From Candidatus Undinarchaeales archaeon (GTDB lineage: Archaea > SpSt-1190 > JASMDC01), in contig JASMDC010000002.1 of the NCBI GenBank assembly GCA_030753015.1, forward strand, positions 64,001 through 128,000: a DNA stretch of 64,000 nucleotides, read 5' to 3'. The notes under the pieces are model-generated. The model did not search any database. It was not told the DNA's origin and worked only from the letters and a program-made list of their open reading frames with translations. This document shows, one piece after another, positions 34,901 to 43,049 of this stretch (position 1 is its first letter; every line of letters starts with the position of its first letter). A program made the position numbers and the translations under genes.

Positions 34901-36971
34901 CGGTATGAGTGAAGAGCGAGGAATCCCCCAGTACGAGCGGGTCCGCTGTGGTCGATACGGTCTTCGTTGTCTCGGGAGCAGTGAGCACCTCCGTGCTCGA
35001 GAGGCCGAGCTGGAGATGGGAGGATACTTTCAATGTGGGGGTCCCTTTCCGAAGGAGAGTGAAGTCCGACGCGGAGGAGCCGGACTCGCTGATGCTCACC
35101 TCAAGCACGTTGTAGCCATCGACCGCTGCTCCGGCGGGGAGGCTCCCCACGATGCGATAGAGCTTGGGTCCGTTGAGGTACACGACGTCCTTGCCCGAGA
35201 GAGGGGCGCCGTTCAGGGTCAGCGTGAAGAAGTGTGCGTTGTCAAGGTAGAGGAGGGTGGAGCCGGCGAGGCTTGTGATGTTGGCCATGAGTTCCACCTT
35301 CTCACCCAGGTTCCCTGTAAGGAGCAGAGGGCTGATCTCGGTGATACGAAGGTGCATCCCATTGGAGGTCGTGCTGGCCCCGGTGCAGTCCGCCACCGCC
35401 GTGAGGCTCTCGCCGGGAGGTACGGAGTCGGATCCCGTGCCCCAGAACACCTGTGCATCCTTCCCGGCACAGGATATGCTCGACATGGACGTGACGGGTT
35501 GAAGTGTCTTATGGGTCCCTGTGTTCGTGAGGTTGAGGAAGACCAGCACACGGTCGTTAAGAGCGGTGGCCGCGTAGGAGACCGTCGCCAGGACTGGTGT
35601 ACGGACCTGGACACGTAGCTGGAGCTCTTCCGTGTATCCCGTATCCGCCTCGAGTGTCACGTTGTAGACGTACTCGCCCTCGAGCGCTCCGTCGGGGACC
35701 TTGACCTTCAGGTTCGAGCGCACATGACATGGTGGATTCTGTGCTTCGTCAGGCCATTCGAACAAGACATCACATACCTCTACATTGAACTGTTCAGGAT
35801 TGGGGAGCGTGATCTCGAGTTCCCCTGGGCCGGACACCTTCCGTGTATTGAGCTTGAAATGGTTGAAGTCCACTTCCTCGAAGGCTTGTGTGATCTTGAA
35901 TCGCATCTCGGCCTTGTCGAATGACTTGAAGTACGTTCCTCCAGTATCGTCAGTGATATTGATCAGGTCATAGCAGTACTGGAAGTTCTCCATGAGGAGG
36001 CCGGGCCGGAACGTCTTGTCAGCACATACCGTCGAACCACCCCCGTCGGGCTCGCACTTGTCCGTGTACACACCGATCCACGAGGGATTCCCCGAGCAGC
36101 AATTGCTCTCGCACACTTCGATGTCCTCACCCTCGGCGTTAGGTACGGAGGAGCACAGGAGCTCACAAGTACTGCCGGAGCGGGAACATCGGGGACAGGT
36201 GGGTGGACAGGGGGAGCGGTACTTTGGGTCCTCTGGATCGGGCGTGAATCCGAACACCACGATGCGCTTGGCCTTGGCCTCGTCAGCAAGGTTCCGCATG
36301 CTGGCGTACATTCCGGTGAAAACCGCGGCATCAGTGATGACGTACACGAGCTTTAGGGCCCGCTCACGCCACCGGTTCTCAGGGAGTTGGCTTCCCCAGT
36401 CCGAGGCCCATTTCTCACGCACGGCGTACTGGATAGCATCGTAGGAGTTCTCCCGACACTCCTCCCCGCCAGTGATCCGGTCATAGATCGCTACCAGTCC
36501 CGATTGGATCGCTGCGTCCGCTGCGTATTCGTCAGCATAGAAGTCCTGGAAAGGGAGGGGCAGCTTGGGCGGGCCAAAGCTATGGGTGAACTGGTTGGCA
36601 AAGGGGACAAGGGCCACTCGGAAGTTGCCTTCGGACTTGCTCTTGAGCACCTCTGTGATGGCGTCCCAGGTGTTCCTGAACTCCTCGAGGTCGTCCCGCA
36701 TGCTCCCGGTATGGTCGATGACGAACACTGCATCGATGGGGCGCTGGAATGTCTCGTTGTTTGCCACATGGACGGTGAAGGTATTCTCCTCGCCCCATGA
36801 GAGCCCGGTCTCCAGCACAGGAACGGCCAGCGCGGGGATACCACAGCTGCCATCTGCGAGCACGCACGACTCTGTTGTGCCGGAGGAGCAATCGGACCCG
36901 GTCCAGCACGCGTGGTAAGCGCCCGACGCAAGGCTGACAACCAGCAGAAATACGAGGAAAGACGTTCGCAT
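31974..36971 (-). CDS. Large single-pass surface protein with integrin-beta-like vWA head (paralog 1)
   Basis: Signal peptide; DHTGSMRDDL, ECRENSYDAI and WRERALKLVYVITDA; Cys-rich insert, Ig-like stalk, TM, KKKKK and tail. Confidence 0.88.
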   Translation of the reverse strand: MRTSFLVFLLVVSLASGAYHACWTGSDCSSGTTESCVLADGSCGIPALAVPVLETGLSWGEENTFTVHVANNETFQRPIDAVFVIDHTGSMRDDLEEFRNTWDAITEVLKSKSEGNFRVALVPFANQFTHSFGPPKLPLPFQDFYADEYAADAAIQSGLVAIYDRITGGEECRENSYDAIQYAVREKWASDWGSQLPENRWRERALKLVYVITDAAVFTGMYASMRNLADEAKAKRIVVFGFTPDPEDPKYRSPCPPTCPRCSRSGSTCELLCSSVPNAEGEDIEVCESNCCSGNPSWIGVYTDKCEPDGGGSTVCADKTFRPGLLMENFQYCYDLINITDDTGGTYFKSFDKAEMRFKITQAFEEVDFNHFKLNTRKVSGPGELEITLPNPEQFNVEVCDVLFEWPDEAQNPPCHVRSNLKVKVPDGALEGEYVYNVTLEADTGYTEELQLRVQVRTPVLATVSYAATALNDRVLVFLNLTNTGTHKTLQPVTSMSSISCAGKDAQVFWGTGSDSVPPGESLTAVADCTGASTTSNGMHLRITEISPLLLTGNLGEKVELMANITSLAGSTLLYLDNAHFFTLTLNGAPLSGKDVVYLNGPKLYRIVGSLPAGAAVDGYNVLEVSISESGSSASDFTLLRKGTPTLKVSSHLQLGLSSTEVLTAPETTKTVSTTADPLVLGDSSLFTHTDFSLGGLSRKIGPELVINHTLKRGFIMLRSKRKDDGTVTVPYNRTGALPATITRSVDLPYLLEHDLDLIGFSDGAIGASRLDPATNVLFGSMALPDASIDTLREGWYGPVFGVRLNYENYTLYRPGMLPFMFSSPEPIPSITVDVAAPMVNRTLTLEPGKGGVDEDTLFANATVQSNGGIVLEVHVGVAGKGTVRVNASTGMRNEVIVTVPYAENEPYVLDAPSSITAVPNLTTEFSLGITNHRPDDDTFRVCAKGDGVKVFAGDTELTSVPEDTGSRYGKPPPVPPCHEVTGKADQRTVVNLTIELTREDAASLTLNVTSVSDPLLERLAEIAVKPADFSKSAITLTGCRKDKWKLICSFQAINGGNTENTYRYAVMPDLMIGNLTYEQFNLGSKQSKVVDVSALLLACDISLEARAHLLALGTTHFIGRTFAAEDGYALTGGINEMAAAFDVLAGAPDLLELNDVTRSALMTAVDAFKSAPGKNTGNALAMAAAAANEAFIASLRTTCTMSHAKKISANIMVCDTPLKVQDESSFTCSSKSFTVEDIQFPFECDVEPSEDLKKVLEDGERYGVLVGQEAKLPIVLRNRMHFDLLFDFSASASYDLENALLEEKKVLLPSNEERLFTVTVKLDDESDQRLYLKTTPSGMPKQTQGFEIELRPEVEVKISFDITSHLTSSDVEATQSIDLVVEVHNTGNSKETFVTTLEGALADVSSINGEEMELAPGESSNVTVAVTTEKRGTMKGTLKVLAKSDESVAEDVELSVTATAPEIVVKAPESLDGTGTIVVRNNGEMEGEVEVSITGDASTCVTLLNNSIVISAGGSVSVALENECEEASELEVTLEGAGFSKRFTLKVAAMATPEPSEDSPIDNGSIGDGPTPEAPQDGEGGMGMGPIIIVGVLLMIGGGAVIMKKKKKAATATGAAAKPGAATTTQTMQQGRQGMQGQQAAYGAAGYGAYNSNYMNRYPYYGRR

Positions 36972-37103
36972 GGCTACCGCTCACATATTATCATGGTTAC
37001 ATGACTTATATCCCTTGGGTTTTCGCAGCGCCCGTTACCGACAAATATTTATACCGCCGCACCCGCAAGGGAGGGTCAGAAAGGGGTCAGTGTGGAATGC
37101 GAG

Positions 37104-37865
37104 ATGTTCTATGATGAGAAGATGGACTTCACCTCTTACTCGGAGGAGTTGGAACGGCTGGCCGGCCTGTACGATAACGTGGACTTGGAAGTAGTCGGTA
37201 GCTCGGTGGAGGGGCGCGATATCTATCGTGCACATATCCACGGTGACGGAGCCCCCGTGCTAGTAACGGCAGGACACCACGGCAACGAGCCCGCTGGGCC
37301 TATGGCGGCCCTGAACTACATCCGAGAGGCTGGCGAGAACGGCTCCACGCTGGACATCACAATGTACCCCATGGTCAATCCGGATGGCTATGAGGCGGAT
37401 CAGCGGGAGAACGCCCATGGCGTCGACCTCAACCGTGATTACGGTTTTTTCAAGGAACCAGAGACACTTGCTCTCATCGGGAGCATCGATCGTGAGGACT
37501 ACATAGCTGCACTGGACATGCACGAAGCGCCCCGGTCCACAAAGGGTTTCTATGTGTACGAGTCCACGCCCATTCGCGAGGACATCCACCTTGGCCAGAC
37601 AGCGGTGGACGCTGTCGGCGAGAAGCATCCCATCTCATGGGGCGTGGTCCGGCGCGATCGTCCCGGCTGCTTCCGCGACTTCTGGGCATCCAGAGACGCG
37701 TACGCCGTCACCTTCGAGCCTCCGGGCACCTTCGAGATCGTGGACCGTATCGACATGGAGCTCCGGGCGCTCCATGCCAGCCTCGACCTCCTGGAGGAGA
37801 CCACGGCCGATGGCTCGTGGGATACCTACGTAGCAAGTGGCGATTACGTCGTGGCAGCACCTTGA
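37104..37865 (+). CDS. M14 family zinc carboxypeptidase/deacylase
   Basis: GHHGNEPAG, NPDG, RENAHGVDLNRD, DMHE and TFEP. Confidence 0.88.
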   Translation: MFYDEKMDFTSYSEELERLAGLYDNVDLEVVGSSVEGRDIYRAHIHGDGAPVLVTAGHHGNEPAGPMAALNYIREAGENGSTLDITMYPMVNPDGYEADQRENAHGVDLNRDYGFFKEPETLALIGSIDREDYIAALDMHEAPRSTKGFYVYESTPIREDIHLGQTAVDAVGEKHPISWGVVRRDRPGCFRDFWASRDAYAVTFEPPGTFEIVDRIDMELRALHASLDLLEETTADGSWDTYVASGDYVVAAP

Positions 37866-37936
37866 GAAAGTGTGCTCTGCCACAAAATAGTAGCTGACGC
37901 TCCAGTATTAAATGGGTCCTTCCGAATGGATCGGAC

Positions 37937-38164
37937 CTACTTTGCAGCGGACTTGTAGCGGTAGAGCGTGGATGTGTTGGTGTCCGTGTACACCAACTTC
38001 TTCTCGACCTTTTCCTTGGACACCATCTGGTTGAACTTCCTACCCAGATAGGAAGGGCTCAACTTCGTTAGGTAGGAGAGGTAGTCAACGCTCACCCATC
38101 CTCTTCGCTGGACTAAGAAATCAAGGGCATTGAGAAACAGTCTCTCCTTCGTAGTCTTCTTCAC
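37937..38164 (-). CDS. Small basic winged-helix-like protein
   Basis: Helix-turn-helix plus wing pattern (VSVDYLSYLTKLSPSYLGRKFNQM...VEKK...LYRY); GGAGGG RBS before GTG. Confidence 0.6.
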   Translation of the reverse strand: MKKTTKERLFLNALDFLVQRRGWVSVDYLSYLTKLSPSYLGRKFNQMVSKEKVEKKLVYTDTNTSTLYRYKSAAK

Positions 38165-38240
38165 ACCCGACCCTCCAATAATAGAGACGTCGTGGCGTTA
38201 TTTAAGGCTTTCTGCTCCGTTACAGCCTTCAATAGGTCTG

Positions 38241-38280
38241 TAGGAAACGATAGGAACTTCTAGAAACTTCTAAACGAAGT
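38241..38280. repeat. 10-bp-phased direct repeats TAG(G/A)AAC
   Basis: taggaaacga taggaacttc tagaaacttc taaacgaagt. Confidence 0.55.
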
Positions 38281-38408
38281 AATATCTTTAAAATGAACTA
38301 TAAGGCAAGAATACGGCCTAATACCTCCATTTAGCAAGCTGGAAGCCGGCCCCCACCCTGTCCTTGGGGGGCACAGTCTTTTTAAACCTGAACATCCTGC
38401 CCGCGAAC

Positions 38409-39446
38409 ATGGTGGACGACAGGAGCGCGCCAGATAAGCGCTTCCTGGAGAACATATTCAAGACGGACCTCCATTGCCATCTTGGCGGGTCTATCCGTCT
38501 TGAGACCCTCGTCGAGCTGGCCGATGAACAGGGAGTCCCTCTCCCGTCAAAGAACATCGAGAAGCTCAAGAAGACCATCTCTCCGTCCGAGTTCGGCTCC
38601 CTTGAGGAGTACCTTGCCGCCTTCACTACGACGGAGTCCGTCCTCAGGGATCCATCTGCCCTCGAGCGGGTGGCCTACGAGGTATGCGAGGATGCAGCGA
38701 AGGAGAATGTCATCTACCTGGAGCTGCGGTTCGGGCCTACCAATTACCAGACCGATGACCTCTCACCCCAGCGCGTGGTGTCGTCCGTGCTGGAGGGGAT
38801 GAAGCGTGCCGAGAAGGAATACCCCATCAGGACGGGCCTCATCCTTTGTGGCATCCGCACCGAGCTCGAGCGCACTCGGGAGGCAGCTGAGCTGGCCGTC
38901 ATCTTCCAGGGGCGTGGCGTGGTCGGATTCGACCTGGCCGGAGCCGAGCGGGGCCATCGTCCCAAGGACCTAATGAAAGCGTTCACCCCCGTGCTCAAGA
39001 ACTTCGTCCCAGTAACCGTTCATGCAGGTGAGGGCTACGGTGCAAAGAGCATCGAGGAGGCGATAAACTATCTCCGCGCCGACCGGATCGGGCACGGTAC
39101 CAAGATCCAGGAGAACACGAAGCTCTACGATTACGTCAACGTACGGCGTATCGCCCTCGAGGTTTGTCCTACGAGCAACGTCCAGACACAGGTAGTGAGC
39201 AGTATCGGAACTCATCCCATGCTCCGCTACTTCCGCGACGACCTGCGGGTGTGTATCAACACCGATAACCGCACGATCTCGGACACGACCATCACCAATG
39301 AACTCGGCAAGTGTTCCAAGCACCTCGGGCTCACCCGGGGGGACATCAAGTCACTGGTCAAGGCCGGTGTGAAGGCGGCCTTCCTCCAGCCGAGTGAGCG
39401 GACCGCTCTTCTGGACCGGGTGGACGAACAGTTCGAGGGACTGTGA
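38409..39446 (+). CDS. add: Adenosine deaminase
   Basis: KTDLHCHLGGS, YLELRF, GFDLAGAE, TVHAGE, RIGHG, CPTSN and INTDN. Confidence 0.93.
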   Translation: MVDDRSAPDKRFLENIFKTDLHCHLGGSIRLETLVELADEQGVPLPSKNIEKLKKTISPSEFGSLEEYLAAFTTTESVLRDPSALERVAYEVCEDAAKENVIYLELRFGPTNYQTDDLSPQRVVSSVLEGMKRAEKEYPIRTGLILCGIRTELERTREAAELAVIFQGRGVVGFDLAGAERGHRPKDLMKAFTPVLKNFVPVTVHAGEGYGAKSIEEAINYLRADRIGHGTKIQENTKLYDYVNVRRIALEVCPTSNVQTQVVSSIGTHPMLRYFRDDLRVCINTDNRTISDTTITNELGKCSKHLGLTRGDIKSLVKAGVKAAFLQPSERTALLDRVDEQFEGL

Positions 39447-39454
39447 GGCGTCCA

Positions 39455-39616
39455 CTAGATCATCGCGTACACGAACGGCGATAGAGCGGAGCTCTGGCCT
39501 GCTGCAAGCAATGCGCCCACGATGAGCAGGGTGATGAGCGCGGGAGCGAGCCACCAGGCCTTGTTCTCCCAGAGGTAGTCGAACACCTCGCGCACAAGCA
39601 TCGGATTCCTACCCAT
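39455..39616 (-). CDS. Small membrane protein, SxtK/DUF5989-like (53 aa)
   Basis: Not in the ORF track; MGRNPMLVREVFDYLWENKAWWLAPALITLLIVGALL...SALSPFVYAMI with GAGGT RBS. Confidence 0.85.
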   Translation of the reverse strand: MGRNPMLVREVFDYLWENKAWWLAPALITLLIVGALLAAGQSSALSPFVYAMI

Positions 39617-39677
39617 ATCAGAACCTCAAGTACATTGATCTGGTCGTGACATAAAAACCTATCCTCGCCGCATGTCA

Positions 39678-41444
39678 TTAATTATCGGCCCGGGAGCGAG
39701 CGGAGCTGTCCCACTCATCATCTGGATTGTCATCCCGCCTGATAAGGGACCGGCCGATCACGGTGCAGTCGATACCTGTGCCCATCATGCATCGGTAAGC
39801 ATCCTCTGGAGTGCACACGATGGGCTCGCCACGGATATTGAACGATGTGTTCACCAGGACCGGTACCTTCGTGCGCTCACCGAATCCCTTGATGAGCCTA
39901 TGGAACAGGGGATTGGTTTCCCCGTGGACAGCCTGGAGCCGGGCTGTACCATCCACATGGACCGCGGCTGGGATGAGATCGAGCTTATCCTCGCGGACGG
40001 GGTAGCTCATGAGCATGTATGCTGTCGGCTCGGGGAGAGGGAGGTCCACGTCGAACCAGTCTGCGGCATCCTCAGCGCACACCGCCGGTGCGAAAGGCCG
40101 GAATGGCTCACGCCGCTTGACCTTCTCATTGAGCACGTCCTTCATCTCCACGTCACGTGGATCGGCCAGGATGCTCCGGTTCCCAAGGGCCCGAGGGCCC
40201 CACTCCATCCGTCCCTGGAACCATCCTACTACCTGGCCGTCCTCGATGATGCTCAGCGTCGTATCGATGAGCTTATCCTCGTCAGAGAGCGCTTCGTGGA
40301 CGATATCATTGTCCCTCAGGAACTCGTTCACCTGTTCATCGGTGAATCCCGGCCCCAGGTACGGTGAGCGGAAGTGGGATGCACGAGGTTTGCCGAGCAC
40401 AGCATGGAAGGCGTGGAGGGCGGCGCCCATGCTCGTTCCACCGTCGCCGGGATCGGGGGGTATCCACACCCGCTCGAACGGTGTCTTTTGAAGGATAGTA
40501 CCGTTGAACACACAGTTGAGCCCTACCCCGCCAGAGAGCACCAGGTCCGGGCAGTCCGTCTTTGCGTGTACGTGGCTGCAGGCGGTGGTGAGCACCTCCT
40601 CGGTGAGAAGCTGTAGAGCTGCGGCGATGTCCTTGTGTCGCCGTGTTGGCGCCAGTCCAGGCAGTGCTACAGGGCCGCCCAACAGCTCGCACATCTCATC
40701 CGAGGGCATGCGGTCCGCATAATGGTAATCGAAGTAACGCATGTCCAGCCGGAAGCTCCCGTCGTCGCGGACGTCGATCACTTCCTTCAGCCGCTTGTAG
40801 GATTCGTTGGTAGTGGGATCGAGGTTCCCGAAGGCAGCCATACCCATTACCTTGTATTCGGAGTTGTTCACGGCGAAGCCGAGGTAGGCTGTGATGGTCG
40901 AGTAGAGGAGGCCGAGCGAGTGAGGGAAGCGCAGCTGTTGCTCCAGCCTGACCTCGGTACCCTCGCCCATCCCCCACGCGGTCGTGGTCCACTCGCCGAC
41001 ACCGTCGACGGTGAGAATAGCTGCCCGTTCGAAGGGACTGCACAGGAACGCGCCTGCTGCGTGGGCCACGTGATGTGGGATGAAAAGCACGTCGCCCCCG
41101 TACCCCAGTTCATTCCGTACGCGGGACACCACACGCAGCTTGCGCAGGAGCAGGTCGGGCATAGCCCGCACGAACGAGGGTAACCCTCGCGGGAACATCT
41201 GGATGTGCTGATGAAGTGCCCGCTCCAACCGGAGGAGCGGTTTCTCGTAATGGGCGATGTGGTCCAACTCGTCCACTGTTATCCCACCCTCATCGAGGCA
41301 GGAGAGGATGGCGTTCAGAGGGAACGTGATGTCGTGCTTAACTCGTGTGAACCGCTCCTCTGCAGATGCCGCCACTACCTCGCCGTCCCGCATCAAGCAT
41401 GCCGAGGCGTCGTGGTAGAAGCAGGCGATCCCGAGAACGTCCAT
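39678..41444 (-). CDS. O-carbamoyltransferase (NodU/CmcH/SxtI family)
   Basis: HDASA, EERFTRVKHD, HHVAHA, DGVGE, EYKVMG, GPRALGNRSIL, RPFAP and NTSFN. Confidence 0.95.
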   Translation of the reverse strand: MDVLGIACFYHDASACLMRDGEVVAASAEERFTRVKHDITFPLNAILSCLDEGGITVDELDHIAHYEKPLLRLERALHQHIQMFPRGLPSFVRAMPDLLLRKLRVVSRVRNELGYGGDVLFIPHHVAHAAGAFLCSPFERAAILTVDGVGEWTTTAWGMGEGTEVRLEQQLRFPHSLGLLYSTITAYLGFAVNNSEYKVMGMAAFGNLDPTTNESYKRLKEVIDVRDDGSFRLDMRYFDYHYADRMPSDEMCELLGGPVALPGLAPTRRHKDIAAALQLLTEEVLTTACSHVHAKTDCPDLVLSGGVGLNCVFNGTILQKTPFERVWIPPDPGDGGTSMGAALHAFHAVLGKPRASHFRSPYLGPGFTDEQVNEFLRDNDIVHEALSDEDKLIDTTLSIIEDGQVVGWFQGRMEWGPRALGNRSILADPRDVEMKDVLNEKVKRREPFRPFAPAVCAEDAADWFDVDLPLPEPTAYMLMSYPVREDKLDLIPAAVHVDGTARLQAVHGETNPLFHRLIKGFGERTKVPVLVNTSFNIRGEPIVCTPEDAYRCMMGTGIDCTVIGRSLIRRDDNPDDEWDSSARSRADN

Positions 41445-41453
41445 ATAACTACC

Positions 41454-41708
41454 TCAGTACTGTCGATAATATCTATCTCGTGGAGCGTTCCCCTGATCAG
41501 CAGGTTCCCAGTAGCTCGGTGCGCTGGCGTCAGGCCCAAGCTCAAGGAATCGCTTACCGACGAGCCGGGCGGCCAGGGCAGTGCTCCCGAGACCTAGCAG
41601 ATATGAGACTGTGAGCGCGAGGGTGTTGATCGTGCCGGTAAGGGCGCCTAAAGCGTAGCCGAGTGCACGACGTGGTCCCCAGGAATCGTCGGTGGCCTCT
41701 TGCTCCAT
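41454..41708 (-). CDS. SxtJ-like membrane protein
   Basis: TM helix, then RLVGKRFLEL...SYW...YYRQY C-terminus typical of the SxtJ family. Confidence 0.72.
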   Translation of the reverse strand: MEQEATDDSWGPRRALGYALGALTGTINTLALTVSYLLGLGSTALAARLVGKRFLELGPDASAPSYWEPADQGNAPRDRYYRQY

Positions 41709-41718
41709 GCTCGGGTAC

Positions 41719-43017
41719 CTACCCGGTGCCCCCACCCTCTTCATCCCCTTCGCCGATGGGGGTGATGTCGTACTCCTGAACCACGAAGATCCGGATATTA
41801 GGATCGAGGTCGCGGTACACGATGACGCCGGGGCCGATGTGTGTGTTGGGGCCCGCCTTCACGCCGGGCATGATCGAAGCGTTGACGCCGGTCTTCACTC
41901 CGTCGCCCAGGATGGCACCGAGCTTGCGGCGACCCGATGACACGGTCTCTCCCTTGATGCGGACATTGATGGGCTTGTCGTCGAACCGGAGGTTCGCCAC
42001 CTTGGTGCCGGCGCCGAAGTTGCACCCTGCACCTATAAGTGCGTCCCCGATGTACGCGAGATGCTCCGCCTTGGAGCCGTTTAGGATTAGGGAGTTCTTG
42101 ACCTCCACGGCGCGGCCTATGCGCACGTCATCGGAGATGTTGACATTGTCCCGGATGAAGCAGTTGGGACCTATCTCGCAGTTCTTGCCGATATAGACGG
42201 GACCCTTGATATAGGAGGTGCCGGTGATGACTGTCCCCTTCTCGATGACGACGTCGCCCTTGATAACCACGCCCGGCTCGAGCTCGCCTTCGATCCTGTG
42301 ATCGATCTTCTTCATGATGAACTCGTTGGCCTCTAGAAGCTCCCATGGGCGTCCGACATCGCGGTAATAGCCTCGGTGTTCGAGCACTTCCACACGACTA
42401 CCTCCCTCGATGTAGTGGTTGAGGGCGTGGGGGATGTCGTACTCGTGGCGCTCGGCCTCTCCCTTGGCAACGGCGTCCAGGAAGGAGGATTCGAGGAGGT
42501 AGATACCGGCGTTGACCATGCATCCCTTCGCTTCCTGCTCGGGTGGCCTCTCACGCACCTCGGTGAGGTGAGAGCCGTTGCACGTGAGCACGCCGTACTC
42601 CCAGGGATTGTCCACATGGGCACCGACGACCACCGAGCCGCCCTTGGCGGCATGCAGCCGCTCCATCACTGCATGGTCGAAGATGAGGTCGCCGTGGATG
42701 AGGAGAAAGTCATCGTTGAGCTTGGTGTTCTCGGCCGCCATATGTAGAGCGTGGGCCGTCCCCAGGCACTTACCCTGGTCCACGTAGGTGATGGACAGAC
42801 CGAAGCGCTCACCCGTGCCGAAGTACTGGCGGATCTCGTCCGCGAACTCGTTGACCACGAGCACGACCTCTGAGATCTGGGCGGCTTTCACCGCCGAGAG
42901 CACATGGTAGAGGATCGGCTTTCCTGCAAGAGGGATCATGGACTTCTGTCGCGTGGCCGTGAGCGGATGGAGACGCGTCCCCCGTCCAGCGGCCAGTATC
43001 ACCGCCTTCATGCCCAT
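41719..43017 (-). CDS. glmU: Bifunctional sugar-1-phosphate nucleotidylyltransferase/acetyltransferase (archaeal GlmU-like)
   Basis: ILAAGRGTRLHPLT, LGTAHA, hexapeptide repeats and ANLRFD..SGRRKLGAILGD. Confidence 0.9.
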   Translation of the reverse strand: MGMKAVILAAGRGTRLHPLTATRQKSMIPLAGKPILYHVLSAVKAAQISEVVLVVNEFADEIRQYFGTGERFGLSITYVDQGKCLGTAHALHMAAENTKLNDDFLLIHGDLIFDHAVMERLHAAKGGSVVVGAHVDNPWEYGVLTCNGSHLTEVRERPPEQEAKGCMVNAGIYLLESSFLDAVAKGEAERHEYDIPHALNHYIEGGSRVEVLEHRGYYRDVGRPWELLEANEFIMKKIDHRIEGELEPGVVIKGDVVIEKGTVITGTSYIKGPVYIGKNCEIGPNCFIRDNVNISDDVRIGRAVEVKNSLILNGSKAEHLAYIGDALIGAGCNFGAGTKVANLRFDDKPINVRIKGETVSSGRRKLGAILGDGVKTGVNASIMPGVKAGPNTHIGPGVIVYRDLDPNIRIFVVQEYDITPIGEGDEEGGGTG

Positions 43018-43049
43018 GGACCGGGCTGGGGGGACAAACTATAAGAAGC

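Noticed and set aside
36991-37004. TCATG-n4-CATGA palindrome in the adhesin promoter
   Set aside because: Arms are only 5 bp and I saw no second copy, so it cannot be distinguished from chance
38165-38400. Replication origin in the AT-rich repeat patch
   Set aside because: No ORB-like G-string motifs and no cdc6/orc1 gene nearby
39455-41708. Saxitoxin biosynthesis
   Set aside because: Only the widespread I/J/K-like module is present; no sxtA, sxtG or other core genes
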